The position numbers were made by a program, and so were the translations under genes. 64,000 nucleotides of DNA from Paenibacillaceae bacterium (lineage in GTDB: Bacteria > Bacillota > Bacilli > Paenibacillales > UBA4045), in assembly GCA_040904605.1 (NCBI GenBank), contig JBBDTA010000109.1, positions 30,309-94,308 on the forward strand. Direction: 5' to 3'. Every line of letters begins with the position of its first letter. The first letter of the stretch is position 1. Shown here in pieces: positions 10,112 through 20,160 of this stretch. Below the pieces are notes generated by a model that was given only the letters and a program-made list of their open reading frames with translations, made no database searches and had not been told where the DNA came from.

Positions 10112-11413
10112 CTACAGATTCTGTAGAGCGTTCCGATGTGCTTCAATGGTCGCTTCAATATCTTCATCCGTATGCGCTAAAGAGACGAACATCCCCTCAA
10201 ACTGAGATGGAGCTACACTTACACCGTGATCGAGCAATGCAGCAAAATACCGATTGAAACGCTTCAAGTCTGCGGTCTTAGCGGACTCATAATTCGTAAC
10301 CTTCACATCTGTGAAGAATGGACATACCATCGAGCCCACTCGATTAATCGTACAAGCAATACCTTTTTCCTTAGCATTATCCATAAGCCCTTGCTCTAGA
10401 CGAGCAGATTTGCGTTCAAGTGATTCATACACACCTGGTTGCCCAAGAATGCTTAATGTTGTATATCCAGCCGCCATGGCCAGAGGATTTCCTGACAATG
10501 TACCGGCTTGGTAGATCGGACCCGCAGGGGCCACCATCTCCATGATGTCTCTCCGGCCGCCATAAGCACCAACCGGCAACCCACCACCAATGATCTTACC
10601 AAGACAGGTGATGTCTGGAGATATCCCATATAGCCCTTGAGCACAATGCATGTCGACTCGAAACCCAGTCATGACTTCATCGAAGATGAGCAGGCTGCCG
10701 TAATTGCTTGTAACCTTTCGTAAACCTTCGAGGAAGCCACTCGCAGGTGGTACAACACCCATATTGCCAGCTATTGGCTCTACAATGACTCCGGCAATCT
10801 CATCGCCATACTTCTCGAAAACCTGTTGTACCGCATCTAGATCATTATAAGGAATCGTAATCGTCTGAGCAGCGACCGCTTCGGGTACACCGGGACTATC
10901 TGGTAAAGCTAATGTTGCCACACCCGACCCCGCCTTGATCAGCAGAGAATCTGCATGTCCATGATAACAGCCTTCGAATTTGACGATTTTACTTCGTCCT
11001 GTGAAGCCTCTGGCTAAACGAAGTGCACTCATAGTAGCCTCAGTACCAGAGTTCACCATTCTGACCATCTCAACTGAAGGAACTCGCTCACAAACAAGCT
11101 TAGCCATCTCGGTTTCTAATTGTGTTGGTGCTCCAAAGCTAGTTCCCTTTGCAGCAGTTTGTTGTATAGCTTCAATAATAGCAGGATGGGCATGTCCTAG
11201 AATAAGCGGCCCCCATGAGCCTATATAATCAATATAGGAATGACCATCTATATCATAAATCCTAGACCCTTCACCACGTTCAACATAATAAGGCGTCAAG
11301 CCAACGGAGCGGAATGCGCGAACAGGGCTATTCACCCCTCCGGGAATGTATCTTAATGCTTCAGCAAAAGCTTCCTTAGAGCGTGAATCCTGACGGCCCG
11401 TTATGTCATTCAT
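10112..11413 (-). CDS. hemL: Glutamate-1-semialdehyde 2,1-aminomutase
   Basis: 433 aa class III aminotransferase with FDEVMTGFR and the PLP-lysine context CLGKIIGGG. Confidence 0.95.
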   Translation of the reverse strand: MNDITGRQDSRSKEAFAEALRYIPGGVNSPVRAFRSVGLTPYYVERGEGSRIYDIDGHSYIDYIGSWGPLILGHAHPAIIEAIQQTAAKGTSFGAPTQLETEMAKLVCERVPSVEMVRMVNSGTEATMSALRLARGFTGRSKIVKFEGCYHGHADSLLIKAGSGVATLALPDSPGVPEAVAAQTITIPYNDLDAVQQVFEKYGDEIAGVIVEPIAGNMGVVPPASGFLEGLRKVTSNYGSLLIFDEVMTGFRVDMHCAQGLYGISPDITCLGKIIGGGLPVGAYGGRRDIMEMVAPAGPIYQAGTLSGNPLAMAAGYTTLSILGQPGVYESLERKSARLEQGLMDNAKEKGIACTINRVGSMVCPFFTDVKVTNYESAKTADLKRFNRYFAALLDHGVSVAPSQFEGMFVSLAHTDEDIEATIEAHRNALQNL

Positions 11414-11450
11414 TTAATTGCCCCCTTATTAGACTATCGAAGCTTCGTGG

Positions 11451-12449
11451 TTAAGCTTTCGCTTGTAACCATCGTGCAACGTCCTTAGCGAAGTAGGTAA
11501 TGATTATATCTCCTCCAGCTCGTTTGAATCCGACCATCATCTCCATGACAACTGCTTTCTCATCGATCCACCCTTGTCTCGCTGCAGCCTTAACCATGGC
11601 GTATTCTCCGCTGACATTGTATACAACAACAGGCAGGTCAAAGTTTTCTCTGACGGCACGAATAACATCCATATAAGCCAGAGCAGGCTTAACAATAAGC
11701 ATATCAGCACCTTCGATGACATCCGATTCTGCCTCACGAAGGGCTTCCCTGATATTAGCAGAATCCATCTGATAGGTTTTGCGATCTCCAAACTGGGGAG
11801 CCGAATTTGCGGCATCTCGGAAGGGACCATAGAATGCAGAAGCATATTTGACAGCATAAGACATAATCGGAACCCGCTCAAACCCCGCTTCATCTAAACC
11901 ACTCCGTATCGCCTGTACAAAGCCATCCATCATATTGGATGGTGCAATAATATCTGCACCAGCTCTAGCTTGTGAAACCGCTGCTCGAACAAGGAACTGG
12001 AGCGATTCATCATTATCAATATAAGCTTGATTACTTAGAGCATCGTGTTTAACCACACCACAATGTCCATGATCCGTAAACTCACATAGACAAGTATCTG
12101 TGATAACTAACAGATCATTATGCTGCCGTTTAATTTGACGAGTCGCCCTCTGAACGATACCTTCCTCATCGAATGCTGAGCTACCACAAGCGTCCTTCTC
12201 ATCCGTTACACCAAATAATAGCACCGCTTGTATACCTAGCTTGACGACCTCTGCTATCTCTTCATCCAATCGATCAAGTGAGTGATGATATACACCTGGC
12301 ATAGAGGATATCTCAGCGCGGATATTTGTACCTTCAATTATGAAAATGGGATAGATTAAATCGTGAATCGACACAGCATGCTCGCGAACCATATTACGTA
12401 GCATGACAGTGCCCCTTGTTCTTCTATGTCTGGATATTGGAAACGCCAT
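11451..12449 (-). CDS. hemB: Porphobilinogen synthase (delta-aminolevulinate dehydratase)
   Basis: 332 aa ALAD family with an active-site lysine context ([12 protein letters not shown]) and a cysteine-rich metal site ([14 protein letters not shown]). Confidence 0.95.
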   Translation of the reverse strand: MAFPISRHRRTRGTVMLRNMVREHAVSIHDLIYPIFIIEGTNIRAEISSMPGVYHHSLDRLDEEIAEVVKLGIQAVLLFGVTDEKDACGSSAFDEEGIVQRATRQIKRQHNDLLVITDTCLCEFTDHGHCGVVKHDALSNQAYIDNDESLQFLVRAAVSQARAGADIIAPSNMMDGFVQAIRSGLDEAGFERVPIMSYAVKYASAFYGPFRDAANSAPQFGDRKTYQMDSANIREALREAESDVIEGADMLIVKPALAYMDVIRAVRENFDLPVVVYNVSGEYAMVKAAARQGWIDEKAVVMEMMVGFKRAGGDIIITYFAKDVARWLQAKA

Positions 12450-12463
12450 AACTGCACCTCATT

Positions 12464-13996
12464 CTATTGTATAATAGCCTCAATCAATGACTCAATCGTT
12501 GCTTCCTTTGCCATATAGTCAATATGTAAACCCCAGTTTGTAATCGTCGCAGCAGTTACCGGTCCGATACATGCAATCTTGGCTTCTGCTAATAATTCAA
12601 CTGCCTTACCTCCAGTATGCTCCTCAAGAAGACGACACAGATTATTCACCGTAGAAGAGCTTGTGAAGGTAACAATGTGAATATCTCCACAACGAAGCAG
12701 CTCGATCAAATCTTCAATACCTTCGCTGCATACCACATTATTGTACACATCCACTTGTGTTACATTCAGACCTAGCTGCAGCAATTGATTGGGCAAGTAA
12801 TCTCTAGCTAGGTCAGCGCGTGGTAGAAGCACTTCCTGGCCTGGCTGGAGCTCAGGCAACACCGTCTGCAGCAAGCCCTCTGCTTGGAAGAACGAAGCGG
12901 GTAGAACAGATGTCAACAAGCCATGATTCAACAATGCTTCTTCCGTCTTCGGACCAACTGCAGCAATTCGAGCTTTGGCCATTCTACGAATATCAATACC
13001 GAGCTGTTGCATCCGCAGGAAGAAGTATTCAACACCATTACCACTTGTGAACATAATCCAATCGTACATCTCTATTCTTTGTAATGCTTGATCGAGCTTC
13101 ACTAGGGTAGTTGGATCCGTTGGCTGTCTTAAGTCAATAACCGGGAATTCATAAGGCTCACCGCCAAGATCATCGATACGCTCAGCCAATTCGCTAGCTT
13201 GACTTCGCGCTCTGGTAATCAACACTCTTCGGCCAAAAAGCGGCTTCTTCTCATACCAATTCAGCTTCTCACGAAGCTTAACCACCTCTCCAACGAGAAT
13301 AACTGCTGGTGGTTTGAAATTAACCTCTACCACCTTCTCAGCAATATCAGCTAAGGTACCGATCAATGTTTGTTGATTGACTCTTGTACCCCAACGAATA
13401 AGTGCAACTGGCGTTTCGGGAGCTTTACCGTACAGCATTAGCTGATCGCGGATATATTCAATTTTGGCTATTCCCATTAAGAAAATCATCGTATCTGTAG
13501 CAGGTGTTAGCTTATCCCATTTAATATTCATATCTAACTTCTCAGGATTCTCATGACCCGTAACAATAGCAATGGATGAAGCATAGTCTCTGTGGGAAAC
13601 GGGTATGCCCGCATAAGCAGGTACAGCTGTGGCCGAGGTTACACCTGGAATAATTTCGAATTGAATTCCATGATCGACTAACAGCTCTGCTTCTTCTCCA
13701 GCTCGGCCAAAGATAGTCGGATCTCCTCCCTTGAGGCGCGTAACTACCTTACCTTGCAGTGCCAAATCAACAAGCAGCTGATTAATTTCTTCCTGCTTCA
13801 TCGTATGACGATCTGTACGTTTACCAACATATATTTTCTCAACTCCGGGCTTTAATACTTGAAGTAATCGCGGACTAGCTAGTCGATCATATACGACCAC
13901 GTCAGCCTTCATCAGAGCTTCCATACCTCTGACTGTAATCAATTTAGGATCACCTGGTCCAGCTCCAACCAAATATACCTTCCCTTTATGTTCCAT
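12464..13996 (-). CDS. cobA-hemD: Fusion protein: uroporphyrinogen-III C-methyltransferase (N-terminal) / uroporphyrinogen-III synthase (C-terminal)
   Basis: The N-terminus KVYLVGAGPGDPKLITVRG is the SUMT signature. The C-terminal ~250 aa is HemD-like and sits at the hemD position of the operon. Confidence 0.85.
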   Translation of the reverse strand: MEHKGKVYLVGAGPGDPKLITVRGMEALMKADVVVYDRLASPRLLQVLKPGVEKIYVGKRTDRHTMKQEEINQLLVDLALQGKVVTRLKGGDPTIFGRAGEEAELLVDHGIQFEIIPGVTSATAVPAYAGIPVSHRDYASSIAIVTGHENPEKLDMNIKWDKLTPATDTMIFLMGIAKIEYIRDQLMLYGKAPETPVALIRWGTRVNQQTLIGTLADIAEKVVEVNFKPPAVILVGEVVKLREKLNWYEKKPLFGRRVLITRARSQASELAERIDDLGGEPYEFPVIDLRQPTDPTTLVKLDQALQRIEMYDWIMFTSGNGVEYFFLRMQQLGIDIRRMAKARIAAVGPKTEEALLNHGLLTSVLPASFFQAEGLLQTVLPELQPGQEVLLPRADLARDYLPNQLLQLGLNVTQVDVYNNVVCSEGIEDLIELLRCGDIHIVTFTSSSTVNNLCRLLEEHTGGKAVELLAEAKIACIGPVTAATITNWGLHIDYMAKEATIESLIEAIIQ

Positions 13997-14000
13997 TCGA

Positions 14001-14960
14001 TTAGCTCCCCACTTGGTCTAATATACGGTCGGCACCTTGTGATATTAATAATTCACCCAGCTTCACCCCAAGTTCTATGGGGTCCACACCTGTCATAGTC
14101 TCTTTAAGGATGATATCCCCGTCTGGTGATCCCACCATGCCGGTCAATCGAATGATTCCTTGCTCTTGGTTATCCTGAAGCTCTACCTCGGCATATGCGC
14201 CAATAGGAACCTGACAGCCGCCATTCAATCTCTTGAGAAAGCTCCGTTCAGCTCTAACCGTTTGGGCTGACCAAGGATCGTTCAATAGGTCCAATAATGC
14301 TCGAATTTGCGCATCTTCAGATCGACATTCAATTCCAAGTGCACCTTGCCCAACGGCAGGCAAGCACATCACTGGATCTAAATATTCACTTATGCGGTTT
14401 TCCCAGCCCATTCGGAATAATCCTGCTGACGCAAGCATGATCGCATCGAAGCCTTCACTTTCTAATTTTCGAATTCTTGTATCGATGTTACCACGAATCG
14501 ATACCAATTGCAGATCAGAGCGGAATGCTTTCATCTGACATACTCGCCGCAGGCTACTTGTCCCGATTCGAGCTCCGTAGGGTAGATCCGCTAGCCTGCG
14601 GTTATTCGATGTAATCAGACAATCCCGAGGATCCACACGTTTAGGCACAGCACCAATAACTAATCCATCAAGTAATTCAGCAGGCATGTCCTTCAAGCTA
14701 TGAACAGCCAAGTCAATCTCACCATCATAGAGAGCCTGCTCTATTTCTTTGACGAACAAGCCTTTACCACCAACCTTGGATAAGGTTACATCAAGAATAC
14801 GATCCCCTTGTGTAACCATGTTCCTAGTTGAGAATTCATAATCTAATCCATGATGCAAACTGATGTCCTGAAGTAATCGTATAATCTGATTCGTCTGTGT
14901 TAATGCTAATGCACTCTTCCTAGTTCCTACCACGATATTTCGTTTCATGAGTTTCATCAT
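14001..14960 (-). CDS. hemC: Hydroxymethylbilane synthase (porphobilinogen deaminase)
   Basis: VGTRKSALALTQT N-terminal signature; 319 aa. The first ATGs are tandem, so the exact start is uncertain by a few codons. Confidence 0.95.
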   Translation of the reverse strand: MMKLMKRNIVVGTRKSALALTQTNQIIRLLQDISLHHGLDYEFSTRNMVTQGDRILDVTLSKVGGKGLFVKEIEQALYDGEIDLAVHSLKDMPAELLDGLVIGAVPKRVDPRDCLITSNNRRLADLPYGARIGTSSLRRVCQMKAFRSDLQLVSIRGNIDTRIRKLESEGFDAIMLASAGLFRMGWENRISEYLDPVMCLPAVGQGALGIECRSEDAQIRALLDLLNDPWSAQTVRAERSFLKRLNGGCQVPIGAYAEVELQDNQEQGIIRLTGMVGSPDGDIILKETMTGVDPIELGVKLGELLISQGADRILDQVGS

Positions 14961-14973
14961 CCGACTCCATTCT

Positions 14974-15693
14974 CTATATCGTTTTTAAGTTATTCGAATA
15001 ATCCTTAAGCTGCTGTTCCCATTCGTCAACCTGAAGCTCTTGTTCAAGCATAATCTGCAACCATAAGCGGAAGGCATGCAGCTTTTCAGCCTGTATTAGC
15101 TCTAGTATATCGAATTTTAACACATGATGGAAAATCATTGCACGGCATTGCTCATTCGCAACCTTCTCAGCGACCCATTCCCGCAGCTCAGAGAGAAAAT
15201 CTACATAAAGCTCGTATTCAACTCCATAACATGCTGTCAGCTCATTTCGAATTCGCTTCGCTAGTCCAGGACTTGCACCAGAGGTTGATACCGACATAAT
15301 AAGCCGTCCTCGTCTTAGTACTGCCGGTACGATGAATGTACTCAACTTAGAGTCTCCTAGATCATTCACAGGAATTTGGAGCTTCCTCGCATCGTCCGTA
15401 ATTAGCCTATTCACGATATTATCATTGGTTGCAGCAAAAACCAGATCCGCATTCTTAAGGTCATCTTCACCTTCGTAATTACGAAGTGTAATACGAACTT
15501 TCCCTTCTGTAGCTAGGCGATTCATATCAGAGTGGCAGTGTGGACTTATGACTGTGATCTTAGCACCAGCCTCAACTAGTCCATGAACTCGACGTACTGC
15601 TATATGTCCACCACCTACAATTACACAATGCCGTCCATTCATATCTAGGTGAACCGGGTACCATTTGTTCAACGAAGTCACATCCATATCCAT
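14974..15693 (-). CDS. sirC: Precorrin-2 dehydrogenase / sirohydrochlorin ferrochelatase (SirC/CysG N-terminal-domain type)
   Basis: Rossmann motif VIVGGGHIAVRRVHGLVEAGAKITVISP; 239 aa; lies inside the hem operon. Confidence 0.8.
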   Translation of the reverse strand: MDMDVTSLNKWYPVHLDMNGRHCVIVGGGHIAVRRVHGLVEAGAKITVISPHCHSDMNRLATEGKVRITLRNYEGEDDLKNADLVFAATNDNIVNRLITDDARKLQIPVNDLGDSKLSTFIVPAVLRRGRLIMSVSTSGASPGLAKRIRNELTACYGVEYELYVDFLSELREWVAEKVANEQCRAMIFHHVLKFDILELIQAEKLHAFRLWLQIMLEQELQVDEWEQQLKDYSNNLKTI

Positions 15694-15703
15694 TAGAGTT
15701 CCA

Positions 15704-16519
15704 TTAATGAAAATTCGACATCCAGCTTGAGGTCATATAGTTGAGAAATACTAGGAAGAATGCACCAAGATTCAGAATTGCCATTCGAGGCCAAGTCGTC
15801 TTAGCTGCAATCTGTCTCCACAAATAAATACAATATATAAGTATAATTAAGATCGAGAATAGAACCTTCACATCTAGCAGTAAGGGCCACTCCTTCTCCA
15901 GGGCAATCCACACGATCCCTAATACCAAGGAGAGCATAAGTAGTGGTGTACCGATCATCACAGCTCGCATCGCATACCGTTGAATATGGCCCAGACTCGG
16001 CATACGTCTTATCGTACCGAAATATTGTTTCTTCTTTAATCCCGCATGAAGGAATAATAACATTCCTGAGAACATCGCACTACAGAAGTAAGCTGCATAG
16101 CTTCCAATTGCTAATGAAACGTGGATAAATAGTAATTCATCGCGTACCTCCCAGCTTGCAGCAAGTGGAGAAATACTCTTCTCACTAAAGAAAGCAATGG
16201 CAGCAACGATAAAACCAGCTAAGCTTACGAAAAATAGGACAAATTCAATACGTATAAGTAAAGTGAAGATTAATGATAACGTAATCAACAGCCATGAGAA
16301 GAAAAATAATGTATCAAAAATCGAGAAAACAAAAATTTGTCCATCTCGGATGAGTTGATTCGCCAACAATATGGTTTGTATGCTCCATACAAAAACAAGC
16401 AGCCCTGTGCCCATCCGCTTAGCCCTCGGATTTCGCTGAATGAAATCTGAGAATATAAACAAGAGGCTCAGGGCGTATATATATACCATCGTATCGAAAA
16501 ACCAGCTTTTCGTAGTCAT
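15704..16519 (-). CDS. hemX: HemX / CcsA-like integral membrane protein of the hemA operon
   Basis: 271 aa polytopic hydrophobic protein directly downstream of hemA, the same position as B. subtilis hemX. Confidence 0.8.
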   Translation of the reverse strand: MTTKSWFFDTMVYIYALSLLFIFSDFIQRNPRAKRMGTGLLVFVWSIQTILLANQLIRDGQIFVFSIFDTLFFFSWLLITLSLIFTLLIRIEFVLFFVSLAGFIVAAIAFFSEKSISPLAASWEVRDELLFIHVSLAIGSYAAYFCSAMFSGMLLFLHAGLKKKQYFGTIRRMPSLGHIQRYAMRAVMIGTPLLMLSLVLGIVWIALEKEWPLLLDVKVLFSILIILIYCIYLWRQIAAKTTWPRMAILNLGAFFLVFLNYMTSSWMSNFH

Positions 16520-16533
16520 TGCCTAGCCACCTC

Positions 16534-17937
16534 CTACGAGTGCATCGGCTGGCTTTGCAGCTTCGGTAGAGAAATCCTTCTCACAGGATCCAACTCTTCA
16601 CGTTCTTCCTTATTAACCTCGGATTCCAATAAAGCATCCTCAGGTAATGCATCATGCTCTTCAACCCACTCTTCCAAGGCGAAGAGATGAGAGAACATCT
16701 TAATCGCATCATCGCCATGACGTTCAGCAGCTAATTCCTTAACACGTAATATCGGATCATGTAGCATTTGATTAACGATGCTTTTACTTAACTTGTGTAT
16801 GATTTTTAATTCGCGTTCCTCTAAATCTGGTAGCTTCTTAATTAAACTATCCATTGTTTCTTTGTGAATGAGGGCAGCCTTCTCCTGCAGAGCGCGGATC
16901 ACTGGACTGACACCGAGAAGCTTATACCATTGTTGAAATACGGTTATTTCTTGCTTGATCAAATCCTCGACCTTCTCACCCTCACGTCGGCGAAGATTGA
17001 CATTGCTCTCTACAATTGCTTGTAGATCGTCCATATCGTATAGGAATACCTGATCGCTCTTAGCGATTTCCGGATCAAAGTCTCGAGGGACTGCGATATC
17101 GATCAAGAACAAGGGTTTATTGAATCTCGCTCTCATCACTTCGTCCATCTGTTCTCTTGATAAGACATAACCTTCTGCTCCTGTAGAACTGATTACGATA
17201 TCCACACCGTGCTCAGTTAATATAGACTTTACGTTATCCATAGAACACGCTATACCATTCCAACGAGCTGCTAATTCCTCTGCTCGAGCTAATGTTCGAT
17301 TAGCCACTATAACTTTGCTTGCACCATTAGCGTGCAGATGCTTGACGGTTAACTCGCCCATCTTACCCGCACCGATAATCATTACACTCTTATGATGATA
17401 ATCCCCGAATATACGCTTTCCTAACTCAACAGCCGCATAGCTCACCGATACAGCACTCTCACCGATGCCTGTCTCTGTATGGACCTTCTTCGCAAGTGTA
17501 ATAGCTTGCTTGAATAACATATTGAAGAATGTTCCTGTTGCCGCTTCCTTCTGAGCAGTTAAGAAGGAGCTTCTGACTTGACCCAGAATCTGTGTTTCGC
17601 CGATCATCATGGAATCTAGCCCACAAGTTACACGGAATAAGTGTTTGATAGCCTCTTGATCTTCATGAATACTTAAATATGGGATGAATTGATCTCGTGA
17701 AATTCCGAACCAATTTTCCAAAAATCCGCGTATATAATGCCCACACATATGAAGGCGATCAACTACCGCATAGATCTCCGTACGGTTACAGGTTGACACG
17801 ATCACACCTTCAAGTATGCTCTTCGTCTGCTTTAATCGGATCAGCGCTTCGGGAAGTCTTTCGTCGGAAAAGGTAAATCTCTCGCGTACTTCAACAGGTG
17901 CTGTATGATGATTTAAACTAACGGCGATGATGTGCAT
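16534..17937 (-). CDS. hemA: Glutamyl-tRNA reductase
   Basis: 467 aa with SLNHHTAPVEVRE and the catalytic-cysteine context STCNRTEIY. Confidence 0.96.
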   Translation of the reverse strand: MHIIAVSLNHHTAPVEVRERFTFSDERLPEALIRLKQTKSILEGVIVSTCNRTEIYAVVDRLHMCGHYIRGFLENWFGISRDQFIPYLSIHEDQEAIKHLFRVTCGLDSMMIGETQILGQVRSSFLTAQKEAATGTFFNMLFKQAITLAKKVHTETGIGESAVSVSYAAVELGKRIFGDYHHKSVMIIGAGKMGELTVKHLHANGASKVIVANRTLARAEELAARWNGIACSMDNVKSILTEHGVDIVISSTGAEGYVLSREQMDEVMRARFNKPLFLIDIAVPRDFDPEIAKSDQVFLYDMDDLQAIVESNVNLRRREGEKVEDLIKQEITVFQQWYKLLGVSPVIRALQEKAALIHKETMDSLIKKLPDLEERELKIIHKLSKSIVNQMLHDPILRVKELAAERHGDDAIKMFSHLFALEEWVEEHDALPEDALLESEVNKEEREELDPVRRISLPKLQSQPMHS

Positions 17938-17989
17938 CGGTCTTTCACCTGCCTTTCCGACAGAGTTAGATGTTTTTTTTTACCGATTC

Positions 17990-17998
17990 ATTATAACA
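17990..17998 (-). promoter_or_regulatory. Extended -10 (TGTTATAAT) of the hemA promoter
   Basis: Minus strand reads TGTTATAAT about 50 nt upstream of the hemA ATG. The cognate -35 is poor (AGGAAA) and lies inside the third direct repeat. Confidence 0.6.
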
Positions 17999-18003
17999 TA
18001 TAG

Positions 18004-18066
18004 AACCAAGCATTTCCTTGATAGAATATGAATATTCCTTGAAGGAATGTGAATATTCCTTGAAGG
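18004..18066 (-). repeat. Three tandem 21-bp direct repeats upstream of and overlapping the hemA -35
   Basis: Minus-strand units: CCTTCAAGGAATATTCACATT (18066-18046), CCTTCAAGGAATATTCATATT (18045-18025), and degenerate CTATCAAGGAAATGCTTGGTT (18024-18004). Confidence 0.85.
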
Positions 18067-18085
18067 TAAGGATAAATACACATTG

Positions 18086-18109
18086 AAAAACCGCGGGAAT
18101 CCCGCGGTT
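18086..18109 (-). terminator. Rho-independent terminator downstream of speD
   Basis: AACCGCGGG-AAT-CCCGCGGTT, a perfect 9-bp stem, followed by a T-run on the minus strand. Confidence 0.85.
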
Positions 18110-18133
18110 CTATTGTTTCCTATTCAATTCATA

Positions 18134-18535
18134 TTAACGGCTGTATAACAATTGTTTGATCTCTGGTGTTTCCACTTGGATTTCTCCCATGCCACGAACC
18201 AACTTCTTAGCGTGTACATGTTCTGGCGCCAATACGGATACCAAATAATCAATTGCAGTTTGTGGATCAACCGTATCACCACAGGTATAGCAATCAATTG
18301 CAGCAAAGCCCTTCTCCGGGTACGTGTGTATGGAGAGATGACTTTCTGACAATAGTACCAGAACAGTTGCTCCTTGTGGTTCGAATTGTTTAGCTTGAAC
18401 GGACAAGACAGTAGCACCAGAAATCTCTGCAGCTTCTACCATCTGTGATTGTAACCACTCCGCATCATTCAAGCGATCGAAGTTTACCCCCCAAGTATCA
18501 ACAGCAACATGCCTTCCGAAAGTAGAGTATTCCAT
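18134..18535 (-). CDS. speD: S-adenosylmethionine decarboxylase proenzyme (class 1, pyruvoyl)
   Basis: Self-cleavage motif LSESHLSIHTYPE. I prefer the start MEYSTFGRH at 18535, which is preceded by AAGGGGGA, over the ORF-track start at 18580. Confidence 0.88.
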   Translation of the reverse strand: MEYSTFGRHVAVDTWGVNFDRLNDAEWLQSQMVEAAEISGATVLSVQAKQFEPQGATVLVLLSESHLSIHTYPEKGFAAIDCYTCGDTVDPQTAIDYLVSVLAPEHVHAKKLVRGMGEIQVETPEIKQLLYSR

Positions 18536-18721
18536 CTTCCGGTTCCCCCTTCCTAGGAATAAAATGTTTGGAAATTTCATCCGCTAGGACCTACGTCATT
18601 CACTGCTCGAGGGAAAAATCTCTCGCAACATTCAATGTCATGAGTGAATCCTGGTTCCTATAATATTGTCAACGAAACTAAAAATAACATCTCTTGACCG
18701 GAAATGCAATACTTTTTTTTG

Positions 18722-18819
18722 GGAATCGAGTTCAAAGTTTTGTGTAACAAAACTACTTCGCAAGTATAAGCTTGCTTTGAAACAAAGAAGAGGCCTTATA
18801 GGCCCCTAAACTCGATTCC
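18722..18819 (-). repeat. 98-nt module bounded by a perfect 11-bp inverted repeat; contains leader-motif copy D and a terminator hairpin
   Basis: GGAATCGAGTT (18722-18732) and AACTCGATTCC (18809-18819) are perfect reverse complements. The interior contains AAGCTTATACTTGCGAAGTAGTTTTGTTACACAAAACT (minus strand). Confidence 0.8.
18780..18807 (-). terminator. Candidate terminator of the 195-aa ORF
   Basis: Minus strand reads AGGGGCC-TATAA-GGCCTCT followed by TCTTTGTTT. Confidence 0.55.
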
Positions 18820-18831
18820 ATGGAATATCAT

Positions 18832-19419
18832 TTATGCTTCAAGAACAAACAATCGATAAGTCAATTCTGTTAGTATTATATCAATCTTAGAACGTGTGAA
18901 TGCTTCTTCTGTATGGTTGCGTTCATCAAGCAATCGGTTAATCTCATCTCGAACACTCATGATCTCATATTCAATCTGCTGATCATTGTAGAGCTGCTCA
19001 AGCCGTCCTACCGTATTCCTGTATTCATATATAGTCTTCTGATAATGTTCGTTCAGCTCGACAATTTTGACGACTGTACCTCGCTCATAATAATAAACCA
19101 TGGTGAAGTTGGAATAGATTCGATTGACAATGGCGTTACCTTTGAATGCAGAAACAGCTTTTCTCATTATATTGGCAAGAGGCATTGTATTCAAGCGATA
19201 GGAGCCTTCGGATACGTATATGCCGTCTCGATGCTCAAAGCTGATGATGACCTCTGAACCACTATCCTCATGAAAGACTAATTGTTGGCTTCCATTATCA
19301 AGTACCTTTACACGAAAAACAATTCCTTGATCCATCAACATTCGTTCTAACTGGGTCATTTCGGTTTCTGTTAATGTCAGACTGGCTTTGACATATTCTG
19401 TCGCTAACCGCTGAGCCAT
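18832..19419 (-). CDS. Hypothetical protein (195 aa), no motif recognised
   Basis: Uninterrupted ORF with its own TATAAT-type promoter region and terminator, located between engB and speD. Confidence 0.6.
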   Translation of the reverse strand: MAQRLATEYVKASLTLTETEMTQLERMLMDQGIVFRVKVLDNGSQQLVFHEDSGSEVIISFEHRDGIYVSEGSYRLNTMPLANIMRKAVSAFKGNAIVNRIYSNFTMVYYYERGTVVKIVELNEHYQKTIYEYRNTVGRLEQLYNDQQIEYEIMSVRDEINRLLDERNHTEEAFTRSKIDIILTELTYRLFVLEA

Positions 19420-19542
19420 AATATCTCCTCGATTCCATATAGTAACCCATTACATGCAACCTATTATACACCATAGTAAGCTGGTCTGCCCATGGTGAAA
19501 AAACTTAAAAAACACGCAAATAAACCAGTTTAGACCGTAAAT

Positions 19543-20160
19543 TCAGTCACTAACCAGCTGTTCCTCCTGTAATTGTATCGTTTGTTCAATAAAGCTCCAC
19601 AATTCATCCCTACCCTGACTAGTTACCGAGGAGAATAGAATAATTGGAATATGCTCAGGCATATGTAGACCATCCTGAATCATCTTCAGATGTTTCTGAT
19701 ATTGAGATCGAGGAATTTTGTCTGCCTTCGTAGCAACAATACATACCGTCATTCCATTATGAATCAACCAGGAGAACATACTTAAGTCCTCTTTAGATGG
19801 CTGATGCCTCAGATCGATCAATTGTAAGACCAAGCGAAGCTTCTCGCGCTTCACCATATACTTCTCTATCAGATTGCCGAACTGTCTACGTTGTACTTGA
19901 GAGACCTTAGCATAACCATAACCTGGGCAGTCTACCAAATAGAGCTGAGAGTCAATGTTATAATAGTTTAACATCTGCGTTTTGCCAGGAGTTCCACTCG
20001 TCTTAGCCATCGATTTACGACCGAGCATTCGGTTAATTAATGATGATTTGCCGACATTGGAACGCCCTGCTAGAGCGACCTCTGGCAGGGTTTCCTCAGG
20101 CAATTGTGAGAGTGTTGCAACACTAGTCAGAAACTCGGCGTTGTGAATATTCAGAATCAT
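19543..20160 (-). CDS. engB: Ribosome-biogenesis GTPase EngB/YsxC
   Basis: G1 motif GRSNVGKSSLIN. It overlaps the lon stop by 4 nt, the same lonA-ysxC order as B. subtilis. Confidence 0.93.
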   Translation of the reverse strand: MILNIHNAEFLTSVATLSQLPEETLPEVALAGRSNVGKSSLINRMLGRKSMAKTSGTPGKTQMLNYYNIDSQLYLVDCPGYGYAKVSQVQRRQFGNLIEKYMVKREKLRLVLQLIDLRHQPSKEDLSMFSWLIHNGMTVCIVATKADKIPRSQYQKHLKMIQDGLHMPEHIPIILFSSVTSQGRDELWSFIEQTIQLQEEQLVSD

